A stretch of 64,000 bases of DNA, taken from positions 1 through 64,000 of the forward strand of contig JAANOX010000074.1 in NCBI GenBank assembly GCA_020184695.1, in the 5' to 3' direction. Positions 42,531 through 52,315 of this stretch are shown piece after piece; the stretch's first letter is position 1, and every line of letters begins with the position of its first letter. A program made the position numbers and the translations under genes. The notes under the pieces are model-generated. The model made no database searches. It was not told the origin of the DNA and saw nothing but the letters and a program-made list of their open reading frames with translations. Origin of the DNA: Histomonas meleagridis 2922-C6/04-290x (taxonomy: Eukaryota > Protista > Parabasalia).

Positions 42531-44710
42531 TTAAATGAAATTGTCCTCTTTGAAATCATCCGCAAATGGGTCTTCTTCGATGTGCGGAACCGATAATCCT
42601 CCTGTGAATGTACACGTTGCTTCAGAATTGTTTTGTTCATCAACGGCAATTTCTGAAGCACTGTTCGCTTTCTTCCTGTTTCGAATCTTAATCAATACAA
42701 CAACAACTATAACCACTATAACTACAACAACTGCAACTGAAACACACACAGCTGTTGTTGCTGTGTTGTTACTCTCTGATGCTTCATGTGCATAATAAAC
42801 AGTGAATAAGTTGATGTAATAACTTTGGTAAAACGAGTAAACAACAACAGTGAAATCGTAGTAGATGAATTTTACTTCGAAGTGAGTGCAAACTGAGCCA
42901 GAGGCAGAGATGGAAAGCGTAAGGGAAAGTGTGGATTTGAGAATGGAAATCGTCTGCGTAAACAATAACGAATGTGTCAGCTTAACTGTATTTGTGAAAG
43001 ATGCACCGCTCAAAAGCGACGCAGTAAATGTATTTGATTCTGCAAATGTATCGTAAAATGAACTTACTTCTGAAAATGTATTTTCTTGTTCAAGCGTATT
43101 TGATTTTGTAAATGCATTAGACTTAATAAATGTATTTGATTTAGTAAATGTATTAGACTTAGTAAATGTATTTGATTGTGTTAATGTGTTAGACTTACTA
43201 AATGTATTCGATTGTGAAAAAGTATTTGATATAGTAAATGTATTAGACTTAGTAAATGTATTAGATTGTGTTAATGTATTTGATTGAGTGAATGTGGCTG
43301 TAGGTGGAATGCATTCAGCAATTGTTATTCCCTTTGAAACAGCAAAAACACCAAATGCATCATCTTGATATGATGCCAGCGTCATAACATACTTTGCTGG
43401 TACATTGGTAAAAACATTTTCTTCAATTGTAGGGGAGTTTTGTCCATAGAAATAAATGCATTCGAGTGAAGTACAATCTTCAAACGCAAATTTCTCTAAT
43501 AATGTAACTGAACTTGGAATTGTAACACTTTTCAAGAAAGAACATTTATTAAATAATTGCTGCGATATTGTCGTCAATTTTTCTCCAATGATAACTATTT
43601 CTAAACCAGATTCTTGAAATGTGCCGAGTCCAAGTGAAGTAACTGAACTAGGAATTGTGATACTTTTTAAAGAAGTGCATAAAGTAAATGCAAATTTACC
43701 TGTTGTTTCTAAATTTTTTCCTAAAGTGACTGTGATAAATAATAACAATATGCAAATGCATTAGTATCAATCAAAGTGACTGAGTCTGGAATTATGATAG
43801 CTTTCAAAATAGTATATTGAAAAGCTTGTTTATCAATTGTTTGTACATTTTCTCCAATAATAGCTTCTTCTAATGAAGAACACTTAAAAAATGCAGACAT
43901 TGGGATCATTATGATTGAATTTGGAATTGTTATACTTTTTATTAAAGAACATGAACTAAATACCCATTCATCAAGTGATATAACTGAATTAGGAATTTTT
44001 ATACTTTTCAATGAAGAACATGAAGAAAATGCTCGATCCCCAATTGAATTCAATCCTTCGCTAAAAGTAACCACTTCTAATGTTGTACATGATTCAAATG
44101 CAGATGCCCCAATTGTCGTGACTGTGCTACTGATTTCTACTGATATTAATTGAGGCCATTCAAGGAATGCATTTGATGGAATTTCTTGGATTCCATTACT
44201 AATTACGATATATTTCGTGGTTGCTTTGTATGTATCTGCAAAATCATTTGAACTTGATACTGTAAGTGTTCCAGCATTAAATACTTCATGTGTATGTGTC
44301 AAAAACAAAACAATAAAAAATGATAGAATATTTTTATCTTGATTTTCGTTGTTGAAAATATTGCAATCGAATGGCTTTCTGGAAAAAACTTTAGTTTTCT
44401 TGAAAAATGAAAAAATTATGAAAAACATAGTTGAAGAAAATGTAAAAAATACAGTATAAAAATTACCTAAAATCCCATTTTTCGCTTGTATGTAGGGGAT
44501 TATATCATTTTGCTCGATACTGTTACTTTTAGAATGATTAAAATACTTCTCTTTGTAGAATATAGTTATGGTGCAAATAATAGAATGAACTATAACAGAC
44601 ATGACAATTATTATGAGTTTTGTTTTAAGATTTCGAAAGTCTTGCATCGAAGCCAGGAAATAAAGTTCAGTGATTCTGAATCGAACGAATTTAAAATTTC
44701 TGGGAATCAT
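42531..44710 (-). pseudogene. BspA-like (TpLRR) surface protein split by a 1-nt frameshift near 43733
   Basis: TpLRR repeats (IGASAFESCTTLEVVTF) in both ORFs, FTxSNT stalk, TM helix and DPFADDF tail. Adding one A gives CYYLSTVTLGKNL. Could be an assembly error; start codon uncertain. Confidence 0.75.
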
Positions 44711-44886
44711 TCAAATTGAGTAGGTTTATATCAAATCTGACTAAACTATTCAAATTTTGAGTTAATTGAATACATCTATCAAAAGCTGAAAACGTTGTGA
44801 TTTTTCAATAGATTTCAATCGTATTTTATATTTATTTTAAAATATTTTTTATGCTTTATAATCAATTATATGAAATCGGGATGTTA

Positions 44887-46116
44887 TCATTTTAACATCT
44901 TTTGATATTCCTGTATCATATCCATTGCTTTCCTTACGCTTGTTTCCAATGGAACGTTCCTTAAAACAAATTCCACACTCTTTGCCACGATGTTTACTGT
45001 CTTTTCCTCAATTTTACTTGACTTGAACCTAAACATTCCATTTAACACATTTTTACCATTTCCATCGACCGAAAAACTTGAATGCGAAATCAAAGGATCA
45101 CAGTTTGCATCCTTCACAGATGATTTCATAAAGACATCATCAACAATCCCAGCGATTTTGAATCTTCCAATGTTCGATAACTCTAAACCAATTCCAGGAA
45201 TTACCTTATTCTCAGGTGGTGTTAGAGAGTTTAAGAAAGAAAAGTGATGACCTTTTTGGATTTTGAGATTAAAATCGTTTCGCATTTTCTCTCCGACTTC
45301 TTTTAAGGTCATTTTCTCATTAAAACCTTTAAATGAAGGCGTTATGTTTGAATAATGATTACAAACATTCCATCCACGAAGATTCTGTGAAAGAAATTTA
45401 CGCATATCAATGCATGTGGCAATTCCTGTTTTATCAATTCGATCATTTATAGCGGAAACTGCTAATATATATGATGTCCATAATATTTCTGTTAATCCTT
45501 TAACTTGTTTTGTGTATTTATTATATATTTTTAATTCTTGAATTGGAATTCTAATTTTAACATGTTGGGCATATAACGGATTGCATTGTGTTATGTTTTG
45601 TTTAGTTTGGACGCGACATATTTCTGGATCTGTAAATAAATATTCACATTGTTCAGTGGATTTTGAATGAATTTGCTCCCAAAAATTATTGGTAATGTTT
45701 GAAGGAAGATGTGGAAATGGTGGAATTTCTCTATCAATATGGGAAATTGCATCAGTTACATTTATTAAATAAACACCATCTGCACATAAATGAGCACTAT
45801 TTAAGACAACAGTGTCAGAGTTAACACCAACAGTGACTAATGATTTTGTAAAATTAGGAGAATGATTTTCATACATATATTTGGCGGCATCTGAAAGTTC
45901 ATTAAAGTTTGGGATAGTAACTGGTTCAACTTTTTTCTTTTGATAGAAGAAATTGGTTTCATTTGTGGATAAATGGAAACCTAAAACAAATTGTGATAAT
46001 TTTTCAATAACTTCAGGAATTCTTTGCGGCGGATTAATTCGCATTGCAAGTTGAAGAATCCCTTGGGATTTATTGTAGAATTGATCAATAAGAGACATTT
46101 TTGTTGTTTCAGTCAT
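44887..46116 (-). CDS. CoA-dependent acyltransferase (HxxxDG; alcohol acetyltransferase/condensation-like)
   Basis: VVLNSAHLCADG and ELSNIG motifs. Confidence 0.65.
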   Translation of the reverse strand: MTETTKMSLIDQFYNKSQGILQLAMRINPPQRIPEVIEKLSQFVLGFHLSTNETNFFYQKKKVEPVTIPNFNELSDAAKYMYENHSPNFTKSLVTVGVNSDTVVLNSAHLCADGVYLINVTDAISHIDREIPPFPHLPSNITNNFWEQIHSKSTEQCEYLFTDPEICRVQTKQNITQCNPLYAQHVKIRIPIQELKIYNKYTKQVKGLTEILWTSYILAVSAINDRIDKTGIATCIDMRKFLSQNLRGWNVCNHYSNITPSFKGFNEKMTLKEVGEKMRNDFNLKIQKGHHFSFLNSLTPPENKVIPGIGLELSNIGRFKIAGIVDDVFMKSSVKDANCDPLISHSSFSVDGNGKNVLNGMFRFKSSKIEEKTVNIVAKSVEFVLRNVPLETSVRKAMDMIQEYQKMLK

Positions 46117-46767
46117 TGATTTGCCCTAAAAAAACGATTATAAAGACCATAACTAAATTGACTAAACTTCGTTCTGGGGTATCGCTTAAGTTTGAAAGAA
46201 AATAAATGACAAAAATCTCATTTCAATTAAATTATCCTTTGTCACAAAAAAAATTATCTGAAAAAAATAAAATATTCAATGAACTCAATTTAATCAATAG
46301 ATTCGTTACAGTAACACTTTTTGTGTAACAAACAGACACAAAAAGAATGGTAAAGTCGTGAACATATTGCAGAATTAAGTTTTTACTTATAAGTGTCAGA
46401 TGCAAGCACTTGACAATTTTGTTGTTATTTGGTATTGACAAAAAAATTTATTACAAATATTAATTAATTGTTATTTGGCGTTGATAAACTTTGTCCATAA
46501 TTTGTTCACATAGGCCTTCTATCATTCTAACAAAATACATGGTAAATAATAATAAGTAACTCTTAATTAGTCCTATAGAATATTTTTTATTTTTTATCAC
46601 AGCACTGAACATTGTTTTGAGTTGATAACGCTAAACAAAGGACACCACTCTTAGGTCGCATGCATTATACGCCCATATAAAAACACTTGCCCAATTTGGC
46701 AGGTGTAAATTATTTAACTTTTTTCACGTTCATTTTTTGTGTTTATAACCGTCCATGTTTTTATTCC

Positions 46768-47349
46768 ATGGGAGAAGATCTGAAAATAATTAAGATTGTT
46801 TTAATTGGTGATAGTTCTGTTGGTAAAACATCAATTCTTATCCGTTGGGCGCATGGGAAGTTCGAAAATACAGTTCAAACAATTGGAGTTGACTTCAGAA
46901 ATAAGGTTGTAGAAAGGAATGGAATCAAGTATAAAGCACAAATTTGGGATACAGCAGGACAAGAAAAGTTTAAGTCTATCACAAAATCTTATTTTCAAAA
47001 AGCACAAGGAATAATTTTAGCATATGATGTAACATCCATATCATCATTTGAGCACATTCCCACATGGATCGAATCGATTAAGGAAAGCTGTTCTACACAA
47101 GTTCCTATTATCATAATCGGAAATAAAATTGATTTAGAAGAAAAAGTTAATCGTGATGATGCATTGTATTTTGCTAATGCAAATAATTGCCCTTTCTTTG
47201 CTACATCGGCCGCTAATGGAGAAGGAATCGAAGAAGCCATCAATCATTTAATTGACATGATTATTGAAAATGCAAATAGTCATGGATTTGAAATCGTTAA
47301 CGATGTTCAGGTTCTTGATGATGGCTCTAAAAGAAAAAAATGTTGTTGA
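46768..47349 (+). CDS. Rab-family GTPase (Rab1/8-like effector loop)
   Basis: GDSSVGKTS, TIGVDF, WDTAGQEKFKSITKSYF, GNKID and C-terminal KKCC; ATG at 46768. Confidence 0.93.
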   Translation: MGEDLKIIKIVLIGDSSVGKTSILIRWAHGKFENTVQTIGVDFRNKVVERNGIKYKAQIWDTAGQEKFKSITKSYFQKAQGIILAYDVTSISSFEHIPTWIESIKESCSTQVPIIIIGNKIDLEEKVNRDDALYFANANNCPFFATSAANGEGIEEAINHLIDMIIENANSHGFEIVNDVQVLDDGSKRKKCC

Positions 47350-47445
47350 AAGCAATTTTTAAAATTGCGTTTTATAAAACATTTTTCTTTTTTATACATA
47401 ACATTCCGCATTCATTCAATAAACCGTTATTGCTTTCAATTTTGA

Positions 47446-47934
47446 ATGCAATGGCCCACCTTTAAGCAAATGGCCGAACTCCTTTTCATCGCACCAATAC
47501 AAAAGAAGGACCCACGTAAGCCAACATGGCACGGCATCCCACGTGTAGCTTTAACTCGCCCAGCAGTTGCAGCAGAAATTGACCCAATCAAGCCAGAAGA
47601 AATACCAGTTCCAGAAAGAAAAACACGTGAATCCCTTCAAATTGGAACTATCGCAATTATTCTTGATGGTGAATTCAAGGGTAAGCGCGGCGTTGTAATC
47701 GCTGATAATGGAAAAGGTATTGTCAAACTTAACGGACCAGCAATCAAGCCAGTTGAAATTGACCAAGATTTCTTAATTGCCACATCTACAAAATTAGAAA
47801 TCGGTAAAGTTGATGAAGCCGGATCTGCTGCCGCCATCGACGCAGCTGCACAAAAGATCCCAGAAATGGTTGATTACCTCAAGTCAACATTTACACTCAA
47901 GTCAGGCGACCGCCCACACTTGATGAAATTCTAA
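47446..47934 (+). CDS. RPL6: 60S ribosomal protein L6 (eL6)
   Basis: RESLQIGTIAIILDGEFKGKRGVV, IDQDFLIATSTK and YLKSTFTLKSGDRPHLMKF; start may be the ATG at 47470. Confidence 0.88.
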   Translation: MQWPTFKQMAELLFIAPIQKKDPRKPTWHGIPRVALTRPAVAAEIDPIKPEEIPVPERKTRESLQIGTIAIILDGEFKGKRGVVIADNGKGIVKLNGPAIKPVEIDQDFLIATSTKLEIGKVDEAGSAAAIDAAAQKIPEMVDYLKSTFTLKSGDRPHLMKF

Positions 47935-48015
47935 AAAATCAAATATAAATTTTAATTTGACTTTTTTGAGGAGTTTTGACTAAAAAACCGTTTTTCATAA
48001 AAGGCGGCAAAATCA

Positions 48016-48939
48016 ATGAACTCAAGGCAAAAGACATGTAATATTGCAGTTATTCAGGCATCTCCTGTTTTGTTTAATAAAAAGGCATCCACCGAAAAGG
48101 CTCTTTCCTTAATTAAAGAATGTATCGAGAAAAAATCTGAATTAATTGTTTTCCCAGAGCTTTTCATTCCAGGTTATCCATATGGAATGAATTTTGGTTT
48201 TACTGTTGGAAGTAGAAATGAAGCAGGAAGAAAAGATTGGTTTCTTTACTATGAAAATTCAATTGATATCCCAGGTCCAGAGACAGATCTTTTAGGAAAA
48301 GCAGCAAAAGAAGCTAATGCATGGCTTAGCATAGGCGTTTCTGAAAGAGATCCTATTACTTCAACATTATACAATTCTAACATTTTCTTTTCACCAGATG
48401 GAAATATTGTAGCAGTTCATCGAAAACTTAAACCAACTGGCTCTGAGCGTGTTGTTTGGGGTGATGCCAATAAAAATTATTTTCCTATTGCACAAACTCC
48501 ATGGGGACCAATGGGTAGTATGATTTGTTGGGAAAGCTACATGCCTCTTGCACGTGCAGCTCTGTATCAAAAAGGAATTACATTATACATTTCACCAAAT
48601 ACAAATGATAATGAAGAATGGCAATATACCATCAAGCATATTGCAATTGAAGGTCATTGCTATTTCATAAATTGTGATATGTTTTTCACGAAAGAGGCAT
48701 ATCCTTCAAATATTCGTGAAAGTGATGAAATTAAAAAATTGCCCGAAATTGTATGTCGTGGTGGAAGTTGCATCGTTGACCCTTATGGACATTATTTAAC
48801 TGAACCTGTTTGGGATAAAGAAGAAATTATTTTTGCTCAACTCGACATGGATAAAGTGACTGCAAGTAGAATGGAATTTGATGTTTGTGGACATTATTCA
48901 AGACCTGATGTTTTACAGCTAAATGTAAAAGATATTTAA
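48016..48939 (+). CDS. Nitrilase (carbon-nitrogen hydrolase)
   Basis: Catalytic triad motifs FPELFIPGYP, HRKLKPT and ICWESYMP; C-terminal DVCGHYSRPDV. Confidence 0.92.
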   Translation: MNSRQKTCNIAVIQASPVLFNKKASTEKALSLIKECIEKKSELIVFPELFIPGYPYGMNFGFTVGSRNEAGRKDWFLYYENSIDIPGPETDLLGKAAKEANAWLSIGVSERDPITSTLYNSNIFFSPDGNIVAVHRKLKPTGSERVVWGDANKNYFPIAQTPWGPMGSMICWESYMPLARAALYQKGITLYISPNTNDNEEWQYTIKHIAIEGHCYFINCDMFFTKEAYPSNIRESDEIKKLPEIVCRGGSCIVDPYGHYLTEPVWDKEEIIFAQLDMDKVTASRMEFDVCGHYSRPDVLQLNVKDI

Positions 48940-49473
48940 AAAATAAATAGTTCTTGAAATTTTCTCTTTTTATTTTTTAAAATTCTTTTACTTTAAACTG
49001 GTTGTAAATATTTGCTTCTCTTTATTTTGTATAAATTCACAAATGCTTAGCATATTACCATGTTATAAATTTTTTGATCTTTACAAAATTTTTTAATTTT
49101 GGAATAAATTCATACACAAATTTATAGTTATGAACAAATACTAATTATTTCATGTAAATGAATTATTAATAAAAACCGAGTTCAATATTAATTGCTTAAA
49201 TTATTCAACTAAAAAAAGAATGTTTCTGAATTTTCCGAATATAAAACATATAAACATTACAAAAAACAGATCGTTGACAATTGTCATTCCATTTGAACAA
49301 TGGTTAAAAATTTTTATCAAGTTAAGTCAAATTTTATCTACAGCAAACTTTTTCACATAAAAATTCTGTATTGTAAATACCAGCGGTTTTTATTGTCAGA
49401 AAGATTTAAATTTCAGTGCTTAATTTTTGCTATTTTGTATTAAACTGCTGTCAAATGTCATCTCAAATAGACA

Positions 49474-51858
49474 ATGTTTTTACCAACAATATGCCTCTTT
49501 AATATCATTGGTTATTGTCAACAACGCCCACGAATTTATGAATTCAGTGATAGCGCTATCATGAGCATATTAGATAAAATGCACAAGCATGATTATGATG
49601 AAATTGAATACAGATCAGAAGTTAGGTATTTATCAAATGAAGACGATGAAAATGACGAGAATGGAGAAGAATATGTATACGAATATGAGTTGGACGAAAA
49701 TGGTGATTTTGTTTATGAATATATTTATGAATATGTTGAAGATCCAATGTCTAATGGCTTTTTCAAGAAAATCAAAAAAGCAGTAAAGAAGGTCGTCAAG
49801 AAGGTCACTAAGCCAGTTACAAAGGTTGTCAAAAAAGCCACAAAGACTGTAGCTAAAACAGTAAAGAGTACTATCAAGACGGTCAAAGACACAGTTAAAG
49901 CCACCATCAAAGCTACCACCTCTGCTGTCAAGATTGCCACCAAGATCACGAAAGCAACTGTCAAAATTGCAACCAATCCAGGCAAGATCGGAAAGATCAT
50001 CAAAGATCTTGGAAAGGGAGTCACCAGAGATCTCAAAGCTGCCGCCAAAGCATACAAACCAGTTGTCAGAGACATTAAGAAGGAAGTTAAGCGTGCATTT
50101 AAGGCCATTAAATCCGTTGCTCCATATGTTGGCTTTGTCACATGTTGGGTGCCCGTTGTTGGTCAGATTGGTCTCGCAGCCTCAATTGCCACTACCATGT
50201 CCACAGCATATAAAGCGTATGCATTATATCAAGCTGGCATGTCAGTTTACCAAGGAATCAAACAGAAAGATTTCGTATCAGCACTCGGAGGTATTGCCGC
50301 AGCAGTTGGCGGTAACATTGGCGGAGCTATTGGAACAGTTGCACAAAAGGCTGCCGAAGCACAACAATTATACAAGCAAGGAGAATTGATCTATAAGGGA
50401 ATTAAGAAAGGAGATTACAGTAAGATCATTGCTGGTGTTACATCTCTTGTCTCTAAAGATGTTGCCAAACAATTAATATCGAAGAGTGAATTACTTCAAC
50501 AAGGTTTAGAATATTATCAACGTGGTTATAACTTGTATAAGAAAGGTAAACAAGTCACAGAAGCAATTAAAACAGGACATTTCGGTAAAGCTATTGATGG
50601 CCTTGCAGAGTTAGGCTTAGACATTCGTAAGAATTCATTATATACAAAGGCAGAACAATTATTTGATAAGGCTTCTAACTTATATTATCAAGGCGAGACA
50701 TTATATAAACAAGGTAAAGAGAAACTTGACTTAGGTAAAGCTGCATACGAAGCAATTAGATATGGAAAGATTAATGAAGGAGTAACACTTCTTAAACAAG
50801 CAGGCGTAGATGTAACGAAGAATCAAAAGGTTAGCCAATGTTTGACATATTATAATGATGTTAAGAACAAATATGCATATGCTAAAACAGCTTATAACTA
50901 TGCGAAGAAAGGAAATGTTCAACAAACTGTTACATATTTACAAAAGGCCGGAATTAATGTGACGTCAAGTAAAGCAGTACAAAAAGGACTTACATATTAT
51001 AAAGAAATCGAAACTAAAGTTAACACAGGTAAAACAGCATATGAATATGCAAAGAAAGGAAAAGTTGATGAAGCAGCAGCACAACTTAAGAAGATTGGAA
51101 TTGATATTACAAAGAATCAAGCATTACAGAATGCGCTTGACTTATATAAGAAAGGCGAAACATTATATAAACAAGGCGATGCATTATACAAACAAGGAAA
51201 GACTATCATTCAACAAGGTAAGACATCATTTGAATCATTACGTAAAGGTCAAGTTACACAAGTACTTAATGATCTCGCAGGACTTGGAATTGATTTACGT
51301 AAGTACGACGCAGTGAAACAAGGAGAAACAATTGTTAAAGAAGTCGAAAGATTACGTAAGACATTACCTAAGGAAGTACAAACAGCAGCAGAGATACAAC
51401 TCGGTAAACTCGTTCTCTTAGGCCTCAACACGACAATATACGCCGAAATCGACGAAGCTATGAACAAGGCTAAGAGCGCTTCGTTAACAGTCTACAGAAG
51501 CATTAGCAATGGATTCAGTTACTACAAAGATGGATCAGGTAGAGTCGGCACACTCGCGTCGTTGGCGGAGTCCAGATTCCAGGAAATTATCGATTTGGAG
51601 GGCTCAAGCGAGTACTGCAGAGATTTGGATTTGGTCACAAAGATATTCACAGGAAGTACTGTCGGAGAACAAATAGCACAGAAAGTAACAGAGGGATATT
51701 TGAAGCTTGAAAACGCACAAGCGAAAGCTGACGCACAGATAGAGAAAGTGGCACAGGAAGTACAGGGTAAGGCAACGAAATTGGTGACATCCATTGAGGA
51801 ATTACAGGAAATCATTAAGAAGGCAGGCGCTGACGCGAAGAAGAAGACAACAAAGTGA
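49474..51858 (+). CDS. Putative secreted repetitive helical protein, unknown function
   Basis: Short hydrophobic N-terminus, acidic EY-rich tract, K/V/T amphipathic tract, G/A-rich hydrophobic segment and repeated LYKxG units. Confidence 0.8.
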   Translation: MFLPTICLFNIIGYCQQRPRIYEFSDSAIMSILDKMHKHDYDEIEYRSEVRYLSNEDDENDENGEEYVYEYELDENGDFVYEYIYEYVEDPMSNGFFKKIKKAVKKVVKKVTKPVTKVVKKATKTVAKTVKSTIKTVKDTVKATIKATTSAVKIATKITKATVKIATNPGKIGKIIKDLGKGVTRDLKAAAKAYKPVVRDIKKEVKRAFKAIKSVAPYVGFVTCWVPVVGQIGLAASIATTMSTAYKAYALYQAGMSVYQGIKQKDFVSALGGIAAAVGGNIGGAIGTVAQKAAEAQQLYKQGELIYKGIKKGDYSKIIAGVTSLVSKDVAKQLISKSELLQQGLEYYQRGYNLYKKGKQVTEAIKTGHFGKAIDGLAELGLDIRKNSLYTKAEQLFDKASNLYYQGETLYKQGKEKLDLGKAAYEAIRYGKINEGVTLLKQAGVDVTKNQKVSQCLTYYNDVKNKYAYAKTAYNYAKKGNVQQTVTYLQKAGINVTSSKAVQKGLTYYKEIETKVNTGKTAYEYAKKGKVDEAAAQLKKIGIDITKNQALQNALDLYKKGETLYKQGDALYKQGKTIIQQGKTSFESLRKGQVTQVLNDLAGLGIDLRKYDAVKQGETIVKEVERLRKTLPKEVQTAAEIQLGKLVLLGLNTTIYAEIDEAMNKAKSASLTVYRSISNGFSYYKDGSGRVGTLASLAESRFQEIIDLEGSSEYCRDLDLVTKIFTGSTVGEQIAQKVTEGYLKLENAQAKADAQIEKVAQEVQGKATKLVTSIEELQEIIKKAGADAKKKTTK

Positions 51859-52315
51859 TTACTGAATAAAGAAGTTCAGTTTTTTTTAACGTGTTTTCAC
51901 ATCATTTTGGTAACGAAATACGCATCGACAATGCTGACGAAGTGAAATTCGGTGTGTTGATGTAAAATGTTACGTGGCTTCAATATATTATGGCGTGAAT
52001 GGAATATTCACTTGTGATGATTTACAAAGCCAACAGATATAAATAATATTTCATTATGTTAATTCCAAGAGTAGACGTACAAAAATTAAAATGTCCAATC
52101 AAAATCTTATAAAGGTTTATAAGTAATTTTGTGGTTCAGCCTATAAGTCATAGAATGTACTTGTTCTTGAAGAGATTTTGTAAACAATTTATAATCACTT
52201 TGGTTGTATAAATATATTTCTGATAATAAAATATCTTTTCACAATAAAAAGACTTAAAAATCACTTAGAAGATAAATAATAACAAACATACAATTCATTA
52301 AATTAATAATAGAAA

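Noticed and set aside
49725-51815. Short ORFs overlapping the 794-aa gene
   Set aside because: Shadow ORFs caused by biased codon usage.
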